NCBI GenBank assembly: GCA_963846435.1
Contig: CAWJVX010000001.1
Location: 262,960-326,959 of the forward strand
Source of the DNA: an uncultured Gemmatimonadales bacterium
Lineage (GTDB): Bacteria; Gemmatimonadota; Gemmatimonadetes; Gemmatimonadales; GWC2-71-9
Length of the DNA stretch: 64,000 nucleotides
Reading direction: 5' to 3'
The notes below the pieces were generated by a model. It saw only the letters and a list, made by a program, of their open reading frames with translations, ran no database searches and had not been told where the DNA came from. Made by a program: the position numbers and the translations under genes. This document shows positions 1-10,054 of the stretch, in pieces. Within the stretch, counting starts at the first letter, position 1, and the number at the start of each line of letters is the position of its first letter.

Positions 1-231
1 TTGCGCGCGGAGCTCACCCCGCCGGGCGCCGAACTGCTGGCTGGTGGCTCGGAGCTTGGTGGTCTGCTCATTGGTAAGCCCCAGCTCCTGCTGCGCCCGC
101 ACCGCAAACCGCTCCTCGATGCGGTGGCGCAGGGAATCCCCCCGAACAGCGGCGGAATCCGGCCGTTGTGCCCCTGCCACGCTGAACGGAGCCAACGCCA
201 GGATCAGAGACCAGAAATATGCGTTTCGCAT
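1..231 (-). CDS. Exported Spy/CpxP-like (LTxxQ) protein, runs off the left edge; absent from the ORF track
   Basis: Manual translation from ATG at 231 (TGATG overlap with the upstream stop): MRNAYFWSLILALAPFSVAGAQRPDS...QQELGLTNEQTTKLR. It has a signal peptide and an LGLTxxQ motif. Confidence 0.7.
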   Translation of the reverse strand, partial: MRNAYFWSLILALAPFSVAGAQRPDSAAVRGDSLRHRIEERFAVRAQQELGLTNEQTTKLRATSQQFGARRGELRAQ

Positions 232-758
232 CAACCCTCCCAGGAGTAAAGAACTCGTTCGAGCTCATCATTATTGAGATCACCCAAGGCCGGGTCGTCG
301 CCGGTAGGCCCACTGACGATCGACTCATCCATGGTCTGTAACACCGAGTCCAGCTCGACCGGCTCCAGCGTCTCGAGCTCGGGGAGTGGGATCGAGAGCC
401 GTGCAGCTACCTCGGTGTCGACGGGTGGGGTCTTCGATGACCCACCTTCCAGGCCGCCGGTCCAGATTGCCGCTACCAGCGCCGCGGCGGCAGCGAGGCC
501 TGCAAAAGTCCATTCCCGGCGGCGTCGCCGCCCCACCGCCCGCTCAGCGGCCAGGCGCCGGAGCACCCCGGCAGCGATGGCATCCGGGTCGAGTGCCAGC
601 CCGGCTTCGACTCCCAACTGGCTCGCCAGCTGCATCAACTCCCATTCCCTCTGGCATGGCCCGCACTCATTCAGGTGACGGATCTCGTCCGGGGTCCATT
701 CGGCCCGGCCCTGAGCGATTACCGGCATACGATCGGATAGCCACTCACACTCGCTCAT
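231..758 (-). CDS. Putative zinc-finger (HxxxCxxC) transmembrane anti-sigma factor
   Basis: HLNECGPC motif, one TM helix (WTFAGLAAAAALVAAIW), coupled to the ECF sigma gene. Confidence 0.8.
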   Translation of the reverse strand: MSECEWLSDRMPVIAQGRAEWTPDEIRHLNECGPCQREWELMQLASQLGVEAGLALDPDAIAAGVLRRLAAERAVGRRRRREWTFAGLAAAAALVAAIWTGGLEGGSSKTPPVDTEVAARLSIPLPELETLEPVELDSVLQTMDESIVSGPTGDDPALGDLNNDELERVLYSWEG

Positions 759-1315
759 CGAACCAGCTCCTTCAGCCGCTTGACCGCGTGATGGTAATGG
801 ACCCGTGCCGCTCCCGGGGTGGTGCCGAGTACCGCGGCGATCTCGCCGTATTCCTTGCCCTCCTGCGCCCGCAGGAGGAAAACCTCCCGCTGAAGCCGGG
901 GCAGGCTCGCGAGCCCCTCCCGCACCCGCTCTTGGGCCTCGCCCGCGGCCAGGTCCGCCGCAGGATCGGCTCGATCGGGGAGATCACGGCCCTCGATCGA
1001 GACCACCTGGCCCTTTCGCTTGCGGACTTCATCGCGCAGCAGGTTGCTGCCGATGGTCAACAACCAGCTCCGAAACGAGGCCCCGCCACGCCAACTGTCC
1101 ACCCGGCGGAAGGCCCGAAACAGCGTCTCCTGTACCAGGTCCTCCAGATCGTCGCGGTCCGCGCCCAGGCTGTAGAGAAACCGCCCCAGCGCCGCGGTGT
1201 GCCTCCCGACCAGCTCGGCCGCAGCGCGCTGGTCCCCGGCGCGGTAGGCGGCAACCAGGGCCGGGTCGGTATCTGAGTCGGGTTTAACGAAGCCCGGCAT
1301 CGTGGCGGCGCTCAT
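755..1315 (-). CDS. ECF (sigma-70 family) RNA polymerase sigma factor
   Basis: Region 2 DLVQETLFRAF...SFRSWLLTI; region 4 LPRLQREVFLL...YGEIAAVLG. Confidence 0.92.
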   Translation of the reverse strand: MSAATMPGFVKPDSDTDPALVAAYRAGDQRAAAELVGRHTAALGRFLYSLGADRDDLEDLVQETLFRAFRRVDSWRGGASFRSWLLTIGSNLLRDEVRKRKGQVVSIEGRDLPDRADPAADLAAGEAQERVREGLASLPRLQREVFLLRAQEGKEYGEIAAVLGTTPGAARVHYHHAVKRLKELVR

Positions 1316-1387
1316 CCGGATTGTGAGACGATTATGTGGCGGATTTGTTAACTTGGCCGTCTCGATCAGGCGGCGCTATCTTAGGCG

Positions 1388-2092
1388 ATGCGACGCCCAA
1401 GTGTCATCGCCCATCGCGGCGCCTCCGGCTACGAATACGAAAACTCAAGGGCCGCCTTTCGACGGGCGATCATGCTCGATGCCGACGGCGTGGAGCTGGA
1501 CATCCACGCTACTCAAGATGGCGGGATCGTGGTCCACCATGACCCGGAGATTCCCGGGGTCGGGCCTATCGCCGAGCTCACGCTGGCCCAGGCCCGCCAG
1601 CTCCGGATCCCCAACGGCGAGGCGCTTCCGGTCCTCACCGAGATACTGGACCTGGTGGGGGATCGGGACGTGTGGGTCGAGGTGAAGGGCCTCCCACCAG
1701 AGTACGACCCCGTGCTGCTCGCCATTCTCGATCGGGGGCCGGCCCCGCAGCGTTACGCTATCCACAGCTTCGACCATCGGATCGTGCACCGGCTGGGGGA
1801 GGCGCGCCCCAGCCTCCGACGGGGGATCCTGCTGTCCGCCTATCTCCGAGACCCGGTGTCCGTCATGCGCGCGGCGGGCGCAACTACTCTGTGGCAGGAA
1901 TGGCAGCAGGTAGACCAGGACTTGGTCACCCAAGTCCACGAGGCGGGCTCTGCCGTGGTGGCGTGGACGGTGAACGAGATCGGTGACCTCGACCGCATGG
2001 TGCGGCTAGGGGTGGACGGCCTCTGTGGCAACTACCCGGACAGGATCCGGGTTGCGATCGCACCACGCCTCGACCAGGCCTCGCGGGCCTGA
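1388..2092 (+). CDS. Glycerophosphodiester phosphodiesterase
   Basis: IAHRGASG..ENS, GVELDIH.T.DG.IVVHHD, WTVN, GVDG motifs. Confidence 0.92.
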   Translation: MRRPSVIAHRGASGYEYENSRAAFRRAIMLDADGVELDIHATQDGGIVVHHDPEIPGVGPIAELTLAQARQLRIPNGEALPVLTEILDLVGDRDVWVEVKGLPPEYDPVLLAILDRGPAPQRYAIHSFDHRIVHRLGEARPSLRRGILLSAYLRDPVSVMRAAGATTLWQEWQQVDQDLVTQVHEAGSAVVAWTVNEIGDLDRMVRLGVDGLCGNYPDRIRVAIAPRLDQASRA

Positions 2093-2096
2093 AGGC

Positions 2097-2450
2097 CTAG
2101 ACCGCCCCGGGCGTCTCCGTGGTCTCGGCCGGAACCTCGGCTGCTACTGGCCTCGAACGGGTCGATCCGCTTCCCCGGCGTGACTCGGCTATCTGCTTTT
2201 CCAGGCGAGCCACCTCCGCCTGCAGGTCGTCGATACGCAACATGATCGCGTCGAACCGACGTGCATCGGTGTCCCCACCCCGTTCGCGGCGATGCACCAG
2301 CAGCCCCAGGTCCCGCGCAGCACCGTCCAGTCTGCGCCGAAGCCGCAGCAGCTCGATTTGAAGCTTTCCTTCGTCGAGGGCGGCCTGAGCCTTCTTGCCG
2401 AATGCCTCGAGCTCCTGATTCAGCCGGTCGAAGAGCGTGGATTTGGTCAT
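2097..2450 (-). CDS. Hypothetical coiled-coil protein
   Basis: 117-aa helical ORF with upstream GGAGG. Confidence 0.7.
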   Translation of the reverse strand: MTKSTLFDRLNQELEAFGKKAQAALDEGKLQIELLRLRRRLDGAARDLGLLVHRRERGGDTDARRFDAIMLRIDDLQAEVARLEKQIAESRRGSGSTRSRPVAAEVPAETTETPGAV

Positions 2451-2469
2451 TTAAAACCTCCAATTTGTA

Positions 2470-2573
2470 GGCTATGGGCTATGGGTCATGGGCTGTGGGC
2501 AAAGCCTCCGGTCCGGCATACGTCCCTAACCCCCCACCCTCCACTCTTAGCCCATAGCTCATAGCCCATTGCC
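2470..2573. repeat. Inverted heptamer tandem repeats (GCTATGG)n...(CCCATAG)n
   Basis: gctatgggctatgggtcatgggctgtggg at 2470-2499; agcccatagctcatagcccattgcc at ~2549-2573. Confidence 0.7.
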
Positions 2574-2591
2574 ATCTTTAACATAAATAGA

Positions 2592-2621
2592 AAGGGACGC
2601 GGAGTGGATTCCGCGTCCCTT
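2592..2621 (-). terminator. Rho-independent terminator of rplU-rpmA
   Basis: 12-bp perfect stem aagggacgcgga/tccgcgtccctt, followed by a T-rich tract on the minus strand. Confidence 0.8.
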
Positions 2622-2641
2622 GTCATCTCGGAGCCACCAGC

Positions 2642-2911
2642 TCAGGAGGCGGTTGCCTCGGCCGGGTAAACCGAGACCTTCTGCCGGTTCTTGTCCTTGA
2701 ACTCGAACTTGACGACCCCGTCCACCAAGGCGAAGAGGGTGTCATCGTTGGCCCGGCGGACGTTTCTGCCGGCGTGGAACTTGGTACCGCGCTGGCGGAC
2801 CAGGATGTTGCCGGCCGCGACCTTTTCCCCACCATAGCGCTTCACGCCAAGATACTGGGGATTGCTCGTCCGACCGTTACGGCTGGAGCCTACGCCCTTT
2901 TTATGTGCCAT
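2642..2911 (-). CDS. rpmA: 50S ribosomal protein L27
   Basis: [14 protein letters not shown]...LGVKRYGG...[13 protein letters not shown]. Confidence 0.98.
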   Translation of the reverse strand: MAHKKGVGSSRNGRTSNPQYLGVKRYGGEKVAAGNILVRQRGTKFHAGRNVRRANDDTLFALVDGVVKFEFKDKNRQKVSVYPAEATAS

Positions 2912-2917
2912 CTATCC

Positions 2918-3232
2918 CTACCCGAGCTTGACGTCGGTAATGCGGACTTCGGTGAACTTCTGCCGGTGTCCGGTCTTCCGGCGATAATTCTTCCGCCGCT
3001 TGAACTTGAAGACGTAGATCTTCTTCTCCTTGCCATCGCCGACCACTTCGGCCATGACCTTGGCACCCTTGATCAGGGGCGCGCCGGCCTTGATGGTCTC
3101 GCCGTCGGAGGAGAGGAGCACCTCATCGAAGGTGACCTTGGAGCCCGGCTCCGCACTCATCAGCGGAAGCCTGAGGGTCTTCCCCTTTTCGGCTTTGAAC
3201 TGCTTGCCCAACGCCCTGAAAATGGCGTACAT
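2918..3232 (-). CDS. rplU: 50S ribosomal protein L21
   Basis: MYAIFRALGKQFK...FKFKRRKNYRRKTGHRQ; start set at ATG 3232. Confidence 0.97.
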   Translation of the reverse strand: MYAIFRALGKQFKAEKGKTLRLPLMSAEPGSKVTFDEVLLSSDGETIKAGAPLIKGAKVMAEVVGDGKEKKIYVFKFKRRKNYRRKTGHRQKFTEVRITDVKLG

Positions 3233-3273
3233 GAAAAACCCATCGACAAAAGGTGGTCCAGCGATAGCCGGTA

Positions 3274-3302
3274 AACTTAGGCAGGCACGAGGCTTGTGAC
3301 AA
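3274..3302 (-). promoter_or_regulatory. Putative sigma70 promoter of rplU-rpmA
   Basis: Minus strand TTGTCA-N17-TAAGTT. Confidence 0.45.
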
Positions 3303-3305
3303 GGG

Positions 3306-3463
3306 GCTGGTAAGCGGGTAGGATGGTAAGCGGGTAAGCCGGTCGGGGTCAGCACTCGCGCGTCACAAGACGTCGCCCGGGACGATCCTTCGCTTCGCTC
3401 AGGATGACAGCGTGATTCGGCTGCCCCGCTGTCCCGCCTACCCGCTTACCCGCTTCCCCGCCT
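3306..3463. repeat. REP-like element: (GCGGGTAA)n, palindromic arm, (TTACCCGC)n
   Basis: Octamers at ~3306-3342, arm gatccttcgcttcgctcaggatgaca at 3384-3409, inverse octamers at ~3422-3463. Confidence 0.75.
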
Positions 3464-3465
3464 CT

Positions 3466-5163
3466 TTACGCGACCGCGTAAAGATCAGTTACGTCCCGCC
3501 CGGCCGGCCGGCTCATGAGCCGGAACTCGTCCAGCCGCATCATCGGGTCATCCCGGAGCTCGATGTCCACCCCGGTCAGCTTGGTCAGCGTCTGGAGCAG
3601 CCTGGGCTCCTCCTCGAGCAGGTAGAGGGCGACCTCGGGATGCAGGCGGACGGTGAGCTGGCGCTCCCGCCGTTCATGGCCGGCGCGCTTGAGGGCGCGC
3701 TCCAGCCGGCGGGCCACCACCTCCGGAGTGAAGACCCGCCCGCTGGCGGCACACGTGGGGCAATCGGTGGTCATCGAATGCCAGAGGGACGGGCGCACTC
3801 GCTGCCGGGTCATCTCCACCAGGCCGAGCTCCGACACGGCCAGGGCTTTGGTGCGCGCCCGATCGCGACCGAGATGGGTCCTGAGCTCCTGGAGGACCTT
3901 GTCCCGGTTGGACCTCGTCTCCATGTCGATGAAGTCGCACACGATGATCCCGCCGATGTCGCGAAGGCGGATCTGCCGGGCGATCTCCTTGGCTGCCTCG
4001 ATGTTGGTGCGCAGGATCGTCTTCTCGGGGTCCTTCTTCCCGGTGTAGCGGCCGGTATTGACGTCAATGCTGATCAGCGCCTCGGTCGGCTGGATCACCA
4101 GCGACCCGCCGGTCGGAAGCTCGACCCGGGCCTTGAAGAGATCGCGGATCTCCGACTCGATGTCGAACTTGTCGAAGAGCGGGGTGGGCTCGTTGTAGAG
4201 ATGAACCCGGCTCATGAGGTCGGGATCGATCTGCTGGAGGTACTGCTCGATCTCGTTGTACAGCTCCTTCATGTCCACGTGCAGGGCATCGACCTTGGCG
4301 CTGAACAGGTCCCGGATGATCCCCCGGGTCAGACTGGTCTCCCGCTGGAGCAGTGCCGGCGCTCGGCGGACGAAGCTCTTTTTCCGATTGATCTTCTTCC
4401 ACAATGCCAGGAGGGAGTCGATCTCCCGGCGGAAGTGATCCTCCGTCACCCCTTCGGCCACCGTCCGCACGATCACGCCGCCGGAGTCCTTGGGGAGCAG
4501 CTTGGTGACCATCTCCCGCAACTTCGCCCGCTGCTCCCGACTCTCGATCTTCCGGCTCACCCCCACTTTCGAGGCATACGGCATGTAGACCAGGAATCGC
4601 CCCGGCAGGGAGATCTGCGCCGTGACCCGGCAGCCCTTGGAGCCGATCGGTTCCTTGGTGACCTGGACCGGTAGGCTCTGGCCCTTCTTGAGGATGTCCT
4701 GGATGTTGGGGAGGGCCCGGCGGGGAGAGATCTCGCGCTGCCGCACCTCGTTGGAGGATTTCTCGCTCGCGGCGCCGTTGCCTCGACGGCCCCGGCGGCG
4801 ATCCCGGCTCCGCCAGCCACCCTTCCGCTCGGGAGCGGAACCCTCGGCGGGGGCTCTGCGCTCGACTCGGGCGGGTCGGCCGCGGCCTCTCTCTTCCGTC
4901 GAGGCTTCCTCTTCCTCGGGCTCCTCGTCCTCATCCGGCTCGAGGAGGTCGGAGGCGTGCAGAAATGCGCTTTTCTCCTGACCGATGTCGACGAAGGCGG
5001 CCTGGATGCCGGGAAGAACCGCCTCCACCCGGCCGAGGTAGATGTCACCCACCGTGCGGCGATGGTCGGGGCGGTCCACCAGCAGCTCAACCAGCCTATC
5101 GTCTTCCAGGATGGCCACGCGGGTTTCCCGCTGGCTCCCGTTAATCAGGATCTCACGCTTCAA
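3466..5163 (-). CDS. Ribonuclease E/G family (Rne/Rng)
   Basis: GDIYLGRVEAVLPGIQAAFVDIG, IDVNTG, QIRLRDIGGIIVCDFIDM, CPTC; likely TTG start at 5163. Confidence 0.95.
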   Translation of the reverse strand: MKREILINGSQRETRVAILEDDRLVELLVDRPDHRRTVGDIYLGRVEAVLPGIQAAFVDIGQEKSAFLHASDLLEPDEDEEPEEEEASTEERGRGRPARVERRAPAEGSAPERKGGWRSRDRRRGRRGNGAASEKSSNEVRQREISPRRALPNIQDILKKGQSLPVQVTKEPIGSKGCRVTAQISLPGRFLVYMPYASKVGVSRKIESREQRAKLREMVTKLLPKDSGGVIVRTVAEGVTEDHFRREIDSLLALWKKINRKKSFVRRAPALLQRETSLTRGIIRDLFSAKVDALHVDMKELYNEIEQYLQQIDPDLMSRVHLYNEPTPLFDKFDIESEIRDLFKARVELPTGGSLVIQPTEALISIDVNTGRYTGKKDPEKTILRTNIEAAKEIARQIRLRDIGGIIVCDFIDMETRSNRDKVLQELRTHLGRDRARTKALAVSELGLVEMTRQRVRPSLWHSMTTDCPTCAASGRVFTPEVVARRLERALKRAGHERRERQLTVRLHPEVALYLLEEEPRLLQTLTKLTGVDIELRDDPMMRLDEFRLMSRPAGRDVTDLYAVA

Positions 5164-5212
5164 GTATGACCTCGTGGAGATCACCGAAGCGCTGGCTCCG
5201 ATGATTCACTCA

Positions 5213-5325
5213 CCCCAGAGAAAACGCGCTCCCCGGCTGGCCTGCCCACGCCGAATGAGGAGCATGCCGCGGGAAAGCGCGTCGCTGCTGGGGCTAATTA
5301 TATGTAGCGGGCGATCTTAGAGCAA
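5213..5325 (-). promoter_or_regulatory. Putative sigma70 promoter and structured 5' leader of the RNase E/G gene
   Basis: TTGCTC (5325-5320)-N17-TATAAT (5302-5297), then a long imperfect stem at 5213-5293. Confidence 0.55.
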
Positions 5326-5335
5326 TGACGGGGGG

Positions 5336-5478
5336 GCTATTGGCTATGGCTAGGGTCATGGCAAGCTGGCCTGAATGGGCCAGCCGAATGGGTCAAATGT
5401 CACTATTGCGACGATCTCGGGATCGCTAGCGCGGTGGTCTGGCATCTGCACATAGACCCTAGACCCTTGACCCTAGAC
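5336..5478. repeat. Inverted heptamer repeats (CTAGGGT/GCTATGG type)
   Basis: gctattggctatggctagggtcatgg and catagaccctagacccttgaccctagac. Confidence 0.55.
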
Positions 5479-5482
5479 AGAC

Positions 5483-6700
5483 TTAATCCACTGTCTCGCC
5501 GAGGATATGCCTCGCAATCACGATCCGCTGGATCTCGCTGGTACCCTCGCCGATCTCGCAGACCTTGGCATCGCGCATCATGCGCTCAACCGGGTAATCG
5601 GTGGTGTAGCCGTAGCCCCCAAAGATCTGAACCGCCTTGGTGGTGGCGCGCATGGCGAGCTCGGAGCAGTAGAGCTTGGCCATCGCCGCTTCTTTCTTGA
5701 ACGGCCTTCCGTTCTGCTTCAGCCAGGCGGCGTGGTACAGAAGGTGAGTGCCCGCCTCGATCTCCATCGCCATATCGGCCAGCTGGAAGCTCACGCCTTG
5801 GAAGCTCCCGATGGGCCGGCCGAACTGCTTTCTCACACCGGCGTAGCGCAGCGCCTCCTCGTAGGCACCTTCGGCAATGCCGAGCGACAGCGCGGCGATC
5901 CCGATCCGTCCCGCATCCAGGGTCTTGAGGAAGTTGATGAAGCCGTAGCCCGGCTTACCGAGCAGGTTTTCCTTGGGGACGACAGCGTCCTCGAACATCA
6001 GCTCCCGGGTGTCGCTGGCGCGCCAGCCCATCTTGTCTTCCTTTTTTCCCGCCCGAACTCCTTTGGTCTTAGGCAGATCGGCCACATGGCCCGTGCCCAG
6101 CTTGCGGCACAGATCGAGATCCACGGTGTCCTTGGTGACGATGAAGCTGGTGATGCCCTTGTTGTCTTTGCCCGGCGTGGTGCGCGCGGTGATGACGAAG
6201 ATCTCACCCACGCCGGCGTGGGTGATGAAGATCTTGGAGCCGTTGATCAGGTAGTGATCGCCCTTGTCCACGGCGGTCGTGGCCGTTCCCCCGGCGTCGC
6301 TGCCGGCGCCAGGCTCGGTCAGCCCGAATCCACCCAGCACCCGTCCGGAAGCCAGCAGCGGAACGTAGCGGCGCTTCTGCTCCTCGGTGCCGAATTCGAC
6401 AATGGGTGACGTGCCCAGGTTGGTGTGGGCACTGATGGTCAGGGCGTGACTGGCGTCCACCTTGGCCATCTCGTGGATGGTGATGTAATACGAGAGCTGG
6501 TCCATCCCGGCACCGCCCAGCTCCTCGCTCCAGGGCACCCCTAGGAGCCCCAGCTCACCCATGGCCTTGATGTTATCCCAGGGAAAGGTGGAGGTGCGGT
6601 CGAGCTCCCGAGCCACGGGCGCGACATGGGTGGCGGAGAAGTCCCGGACCATCTCGCGGACCTGGAGGTGCTGTTCGGTGAAGTAGAGAGAGTCGTCCAT
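5483..6700 (-). CDS. Acyl-CoA dehydrogenase (short/branched chain)
   Basis: [44 protein letters not shown]. Confidence 0.95.
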   Translation of the reverse strand: MDDSLYFTEQHLQVREMVRDFSATHVAPVARELDRTSTFPWDNIKAMGELGLLGVPWSEELGGAGMDQLSYYITIHEMAKVDASHALTISAHTNLGTSPIVEFGTEEQKRRYVPLLASGRVLGGFGLTEPGAGSDAGGTATTAVDKGDHYLINGSKIFITHAGVGEIFVITARTTPGKDNKGITSFIVTKDTVDLDLCRKLGTGHVADLPKTKGVRAGKKEDKMGWRASDTRELMFEDAVVPKENLLGKPGYGFINFLKTLDAGRIGIAALSLGIAEGAYEEALRYAGVRKQFGRPIGSFQGVSFQLADMAMEIEAGTHLLYHAAWLKQNGRPFKKEAAMAKLYCSELAMRATTKAVQIFGGYGYTTDYPVERMMRDAKVCEIGEGTSEIQRIVIARHILGETVD

Positions 6701-6752
6701 GATGAGCACCAAGCTAACCTGTCAGAGGGACCTGTTCCAAGACCGGTGCCGT

Positions 6753-6953
6753 CTAGGGACAACTGACTTCGAAGTCGTACCCCCCAACGTTAGCCCGCGT
6801 TCCCCCGTGCGCGTTTGCCGTCATCTGACCATGGCAGGTGATGGCTCGCTGAGCCTCGAGGGGAGTCACACCGATGCCACTCCGGAGAAGCGAGGCAAGT
6901 AGACACCCAGCGATGATGGTAAGGATGAGTTTGGTGTAGAGATCGATCTGCAT
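6753..6953 (-). CDS. Small exported/membrane-anchored hypothetical protein (66 aa)
   Basis: GGAGG RBS, hydrophobic N-terminus (IDLYTKLILTIIAGCLL), two Cys in the mature part. Confidence 0.6.
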   Translation of the reverse strand: MQIDLYTKLILTIIAGCLLASLLRSGIGVTPLEAQRAITCHGQMTANAHGGTRANVGGYDFEVSCP

Positions 6954-7017
6954 GACCGGTCCTCCCAGAAAGTCTGAGTTGCTTCCCTGACGCCCGTCTG
7001 GAGGAACTTACCACAGG

Positions 7018-8862
7018 TTAGAGCTCCGACCGCTCGGGTACCGGAGGGATGGGGTGAGTGATGAGACCCAGGAGATCCTCTCCGAACTTGGCCAGCGTGC
7101 GTGGACCCACGCCCCGGATCCTCGCGAGATCCAGTCGGCTCTGCGGCTGCGCGCCCGCGATAGCGCGCAAGACACTGTCCGGGATGACGGCATACGCCGG
7201 CACTCCCATCGCCCCGGCCACGCTTGCACGCCACTGCTTCAGGGAAGCAAACACCAAATTCTCCTCTGCCTCCGGTGCGGCCGGGCAGCGGCTACCGAGT
7301 GCACTCAGGATGGTGCGCCCGAGTCTTTCCGCCAGCGCAGGGCCGACGCCTGGCACGTCGGCCAGAGCCGCGGCGTCCGCCGGTGGGTGTCTTGCCAGGC
7401 GAAGCAGGACATCCGGCTCCAGGGGACAGCCTCCCCACACCGTCCTCCGCTCTGCCAGGGCGCGACACAGTCGGGCCAGCCGGACCGAGACGTCGGGGGC
7501 CGCTGGGGATCGAACCGGCCGCGACCCACATCGATCGCACCCGGCGCATCGGTCCAGCGACTCGCCGAAGTATCCGACCAGGCGAGCACGACGGCAGCGG
7601 GCCTCTCGGGCGTATTGTTCCACCGCCTGGATCCGCGCCTCTGCGCGCCGGCGGCGCTCACGGACTGGCCGCCAGTCCACCGGACCACGTTCTGGGTGTA
7701 GCTCGTGACGCAGTCGCTCGGCTGACTCGAGGACATTGCGCGGCACTCCTACCCTTCCCTCGGGGTGCCGCCAGATGCGCTCCAGGAGGCGAGCCCGGGG
7801 GAAGGTGACCTCCAACTGGCGGCGATGGAGCTCGGTATCCGCTGGACGCCAGAGGAGGAGGCAGCGGGCGAACTCACCATCCCGGCCGGCCCGACCGGCC
7901 TCCTGGTAATAGGCCTCCGGGGTCGGTGGCGGCGTCCAATGCACCACCAGCCGTACACTCGGCTTGTCGATGCCCATCCCGAAGGCGCAGGTGGCCACGA
8001 TCACGTCGATCCGGTCGCGGAGGAACCCATCCAGCGTAGCGGCGCGGGTCCCTTTGGTGAGCCCGGCATGGTACGGGGCCGCCCGGTGCCCCGCGTGGCA
8101 CAGCGCACGGGCGACCGCCTCAGTGCTGCCGCGGGTGGGGGCGTAGACGATGGCCATGGCGTCGTCGCCCCGAAGCAGCGCCAGCAGCGCTCTCAGACGC
8201 TCGCGCTCGCTCCCGACCTGAACCGCTCCGAACCAGAGGTTGGGCCGGTCGAACGAGCCCAGGTGGAGCGCAAACCCTGGGCGGAGCCTCAGGGCTCGCA
8301 CGATCTCGTCCCGGACACCGGCGGTGGCGCTCCCAGTGAGAGCCACGGCCTGAGGTTGGCCCAACCGGTAGCGAGCACCGGCCAGCTTACGGTAGCTGGG
8401 CCGAAAGTCATGGCCCCACTCGGCGATACAGTGGGCTTCGTCCACCACGAGCAGGCTGGGCCGGATGCCCTGGCGCCGAAGCTCCAGGCTCAAGCGCTCG
8501 AGGCGCTCGGGCGAGACGTACAGCAGGCGTAAGGAGCCGTCGGCGATGCCTTGGAGCACCGCCTCCTGTTCGGCGGTTCCGAGACTGCTGTTGAGACATG
8601 CGGCCGGCAGACCGCGGGCGCGGGCGGCCTCGACCTGGTCCTGCATCAGTGAGATCAGAGGCGAGACCACGACACTCAGCCCACCCAGCACGAGGGCCGG
8701 AATCTGGAAACAGATCGACTTGCCGCCGCCGGTTGGCAGGATCGCCAGCGTGTCCTGTCCAGCGAGGATTGACTGAATGACTGGGGTCTGACCCGGCCGG
8801 AAATCGGCATAGCCGAAGTGGTGTTGCAGGAGGCGCCTGGCCTCGGACATGCGGTCGGTCAT
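7018..8862 (-). CDS. recQ: RecQ family ATP-dependent DNA helicase with HRDC domains
   Basis: PTGGGKSICFQIPA, VDEAHC.AEWGHDFRP, AFGMGIDK, QEAGRAGRDG, Zn-binding Cys cluster, two HRDC-like segments. Confidence 0.93.
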   Translation of the reverse strand: MTDRMSEARRLLQHHFGYADFRPGQTPVIQSILAGQDTLAILPTGGGKSICFQIPALVLGGLSVVVSPLISLMQDQVEAARARGLPAACLNSSLGTAEQEAVLQGIADGSLRLLYVSPERLERLSLELRRQGIRPSLLVVDEAHCIAEWGHDFRPSYRKLAGARYRLGQPQAVALTGSATAGVRDEIVRALRLRPGFALHLGSFDRPNLWFGAVQVGSERERLRALLALLRGDDAMAIVYAPTRGSTEAVARALCHAGHRAAPYHAGLTKGTRAATLDGFLRDRIDVIVATCAFGMGIDKPSVRLVVHWTPPPTPEAYYQEAGRAGRDGEFARCLLLWRPADTELHRRQLEVTFPRARLLERIWRHPEGRVGVPRNVLESAERLRHELHPERGPVDWRPVRERRRRAEARIQAVEQYAREARCRRARLVGYFGESLDRCAGCDRCGSRPVRSPAAPDVSVRLARLCRALAERRTVWGGCPLEPDVLLRLARHPPADAAALADVPGVGPALAERLGRTILSALGSRCPAAPEAEENLVFASLKQWRASVAGAMGVPAYAVIPDSVLRAIAGAQPQSRLDLARIRGVGPRTLAKFGEDLLGLITHPIPPVPERSEL

Positions 8863-9052
8863 GCCCGTAGGATGTTGCGAAGCGCCGCCAGGTATGAACC
8901 GGAAGCCCGCGGGGAGGTGCTACGGGGAAGGCAGGCGGCCGCTGGTGAGGCGGCCAGGCCCTCTGCCCGAGCTCTAGGATGACTCGAGGGCTGCTTGACT
9001 TACCACTGCTAGGGTCAGCGCTACGACGCTACCTTCACCGGGAGGATTCGCA

Positions 9053-10028
9053 ATGCCTTTCATCACCGCATCAGGCTCGATTGCCGCTACTCGCCTTCTG
9101 TGTGCTTCTGGGCTGCGACGGTAGATCGACGCAGACCGGACCCTCAGAGTCGCCCACCACGGTGACCCTCGAGGATCAGGATAGTCAAGGCCCACAAAAC
9201 TCAGAGGATTGCGTTCTCCAGCAACCGCGATGGGAACTTCGAAATCTACAGCATGAATGTCGATGGGACTGACGTAGCCAGGCTGACGAACCTCGCCTCA
9301 AGGGATGGGGATCCTGACTGGTCGCCGGACGGCAGGAAGCTGGCGTTTACGTGCGGCTTCGATATTTGCGTCATGAACGCCGATCGGTAGCAATACCCTT
9401 GACGTGACTAATTCGGCGCTCCAAGAGAACTGGCCCGCATGGTCCCCTGACGGGCGCAAGATCGCCTTCGCAGGCGCCATGTTTCGTAGTGGCGAGCTGA
9501 GCATATATGTGATGAACGCCGACGGCACTGACCCAGTGAGGATCACGAGCGGGGGGTTTGATCTATCGCCGGTATGGTCTCCGAAGGGCAATGAGATCGC
9601 GTTTGTTCGTGTGGTGTCTTCAGGCGGCAGCGATCCAGGAGTCGCTGACATCTACACAGTCAAGCCCGATGGCTGCCCACCTTAGGAACATCACCAACAG
9701 CACCTCGACCTCGGAAAATTGCTGCCCCAGCTGGTCCCCCTCTCGCAGGATTGCGGTGGCGGGCGAGGTACCCAATCAGCAGTTTCAGAATAGCGAGATC
9801 TATGTCATGAAGGACGACGGGAGTCACCGTGTCAATCTCACTAATCATCCCGCGTACGATTTCGAGCCATCCTGGTCCCCGAACGGCAGCAAGATCGCCT
9901 TTACGAGCGGTCGGGTACTAGAGCCGTACAACTACGACGTTCTTGTCATGAGTGCGAAAGGAAGGGATGTGAGAAACCTTACTGCGAATAGTCTGGCCGA
10001 CGACTACCAGCCAGACTGGTCACCGTAA
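9053..10028 (+). pseudogene. TolB-like PD40 beta-propeller lipoprotein, several frameshifts
   Basis: Repeated WSPDGRKIAF / IYVMNADG motifs spread over three frames; LLGC lipobox; RBS near 9040. Confidence 0.75.
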
Positions 10029-10054
10029 CGACGACCCGATCCCACAGTAAACCG

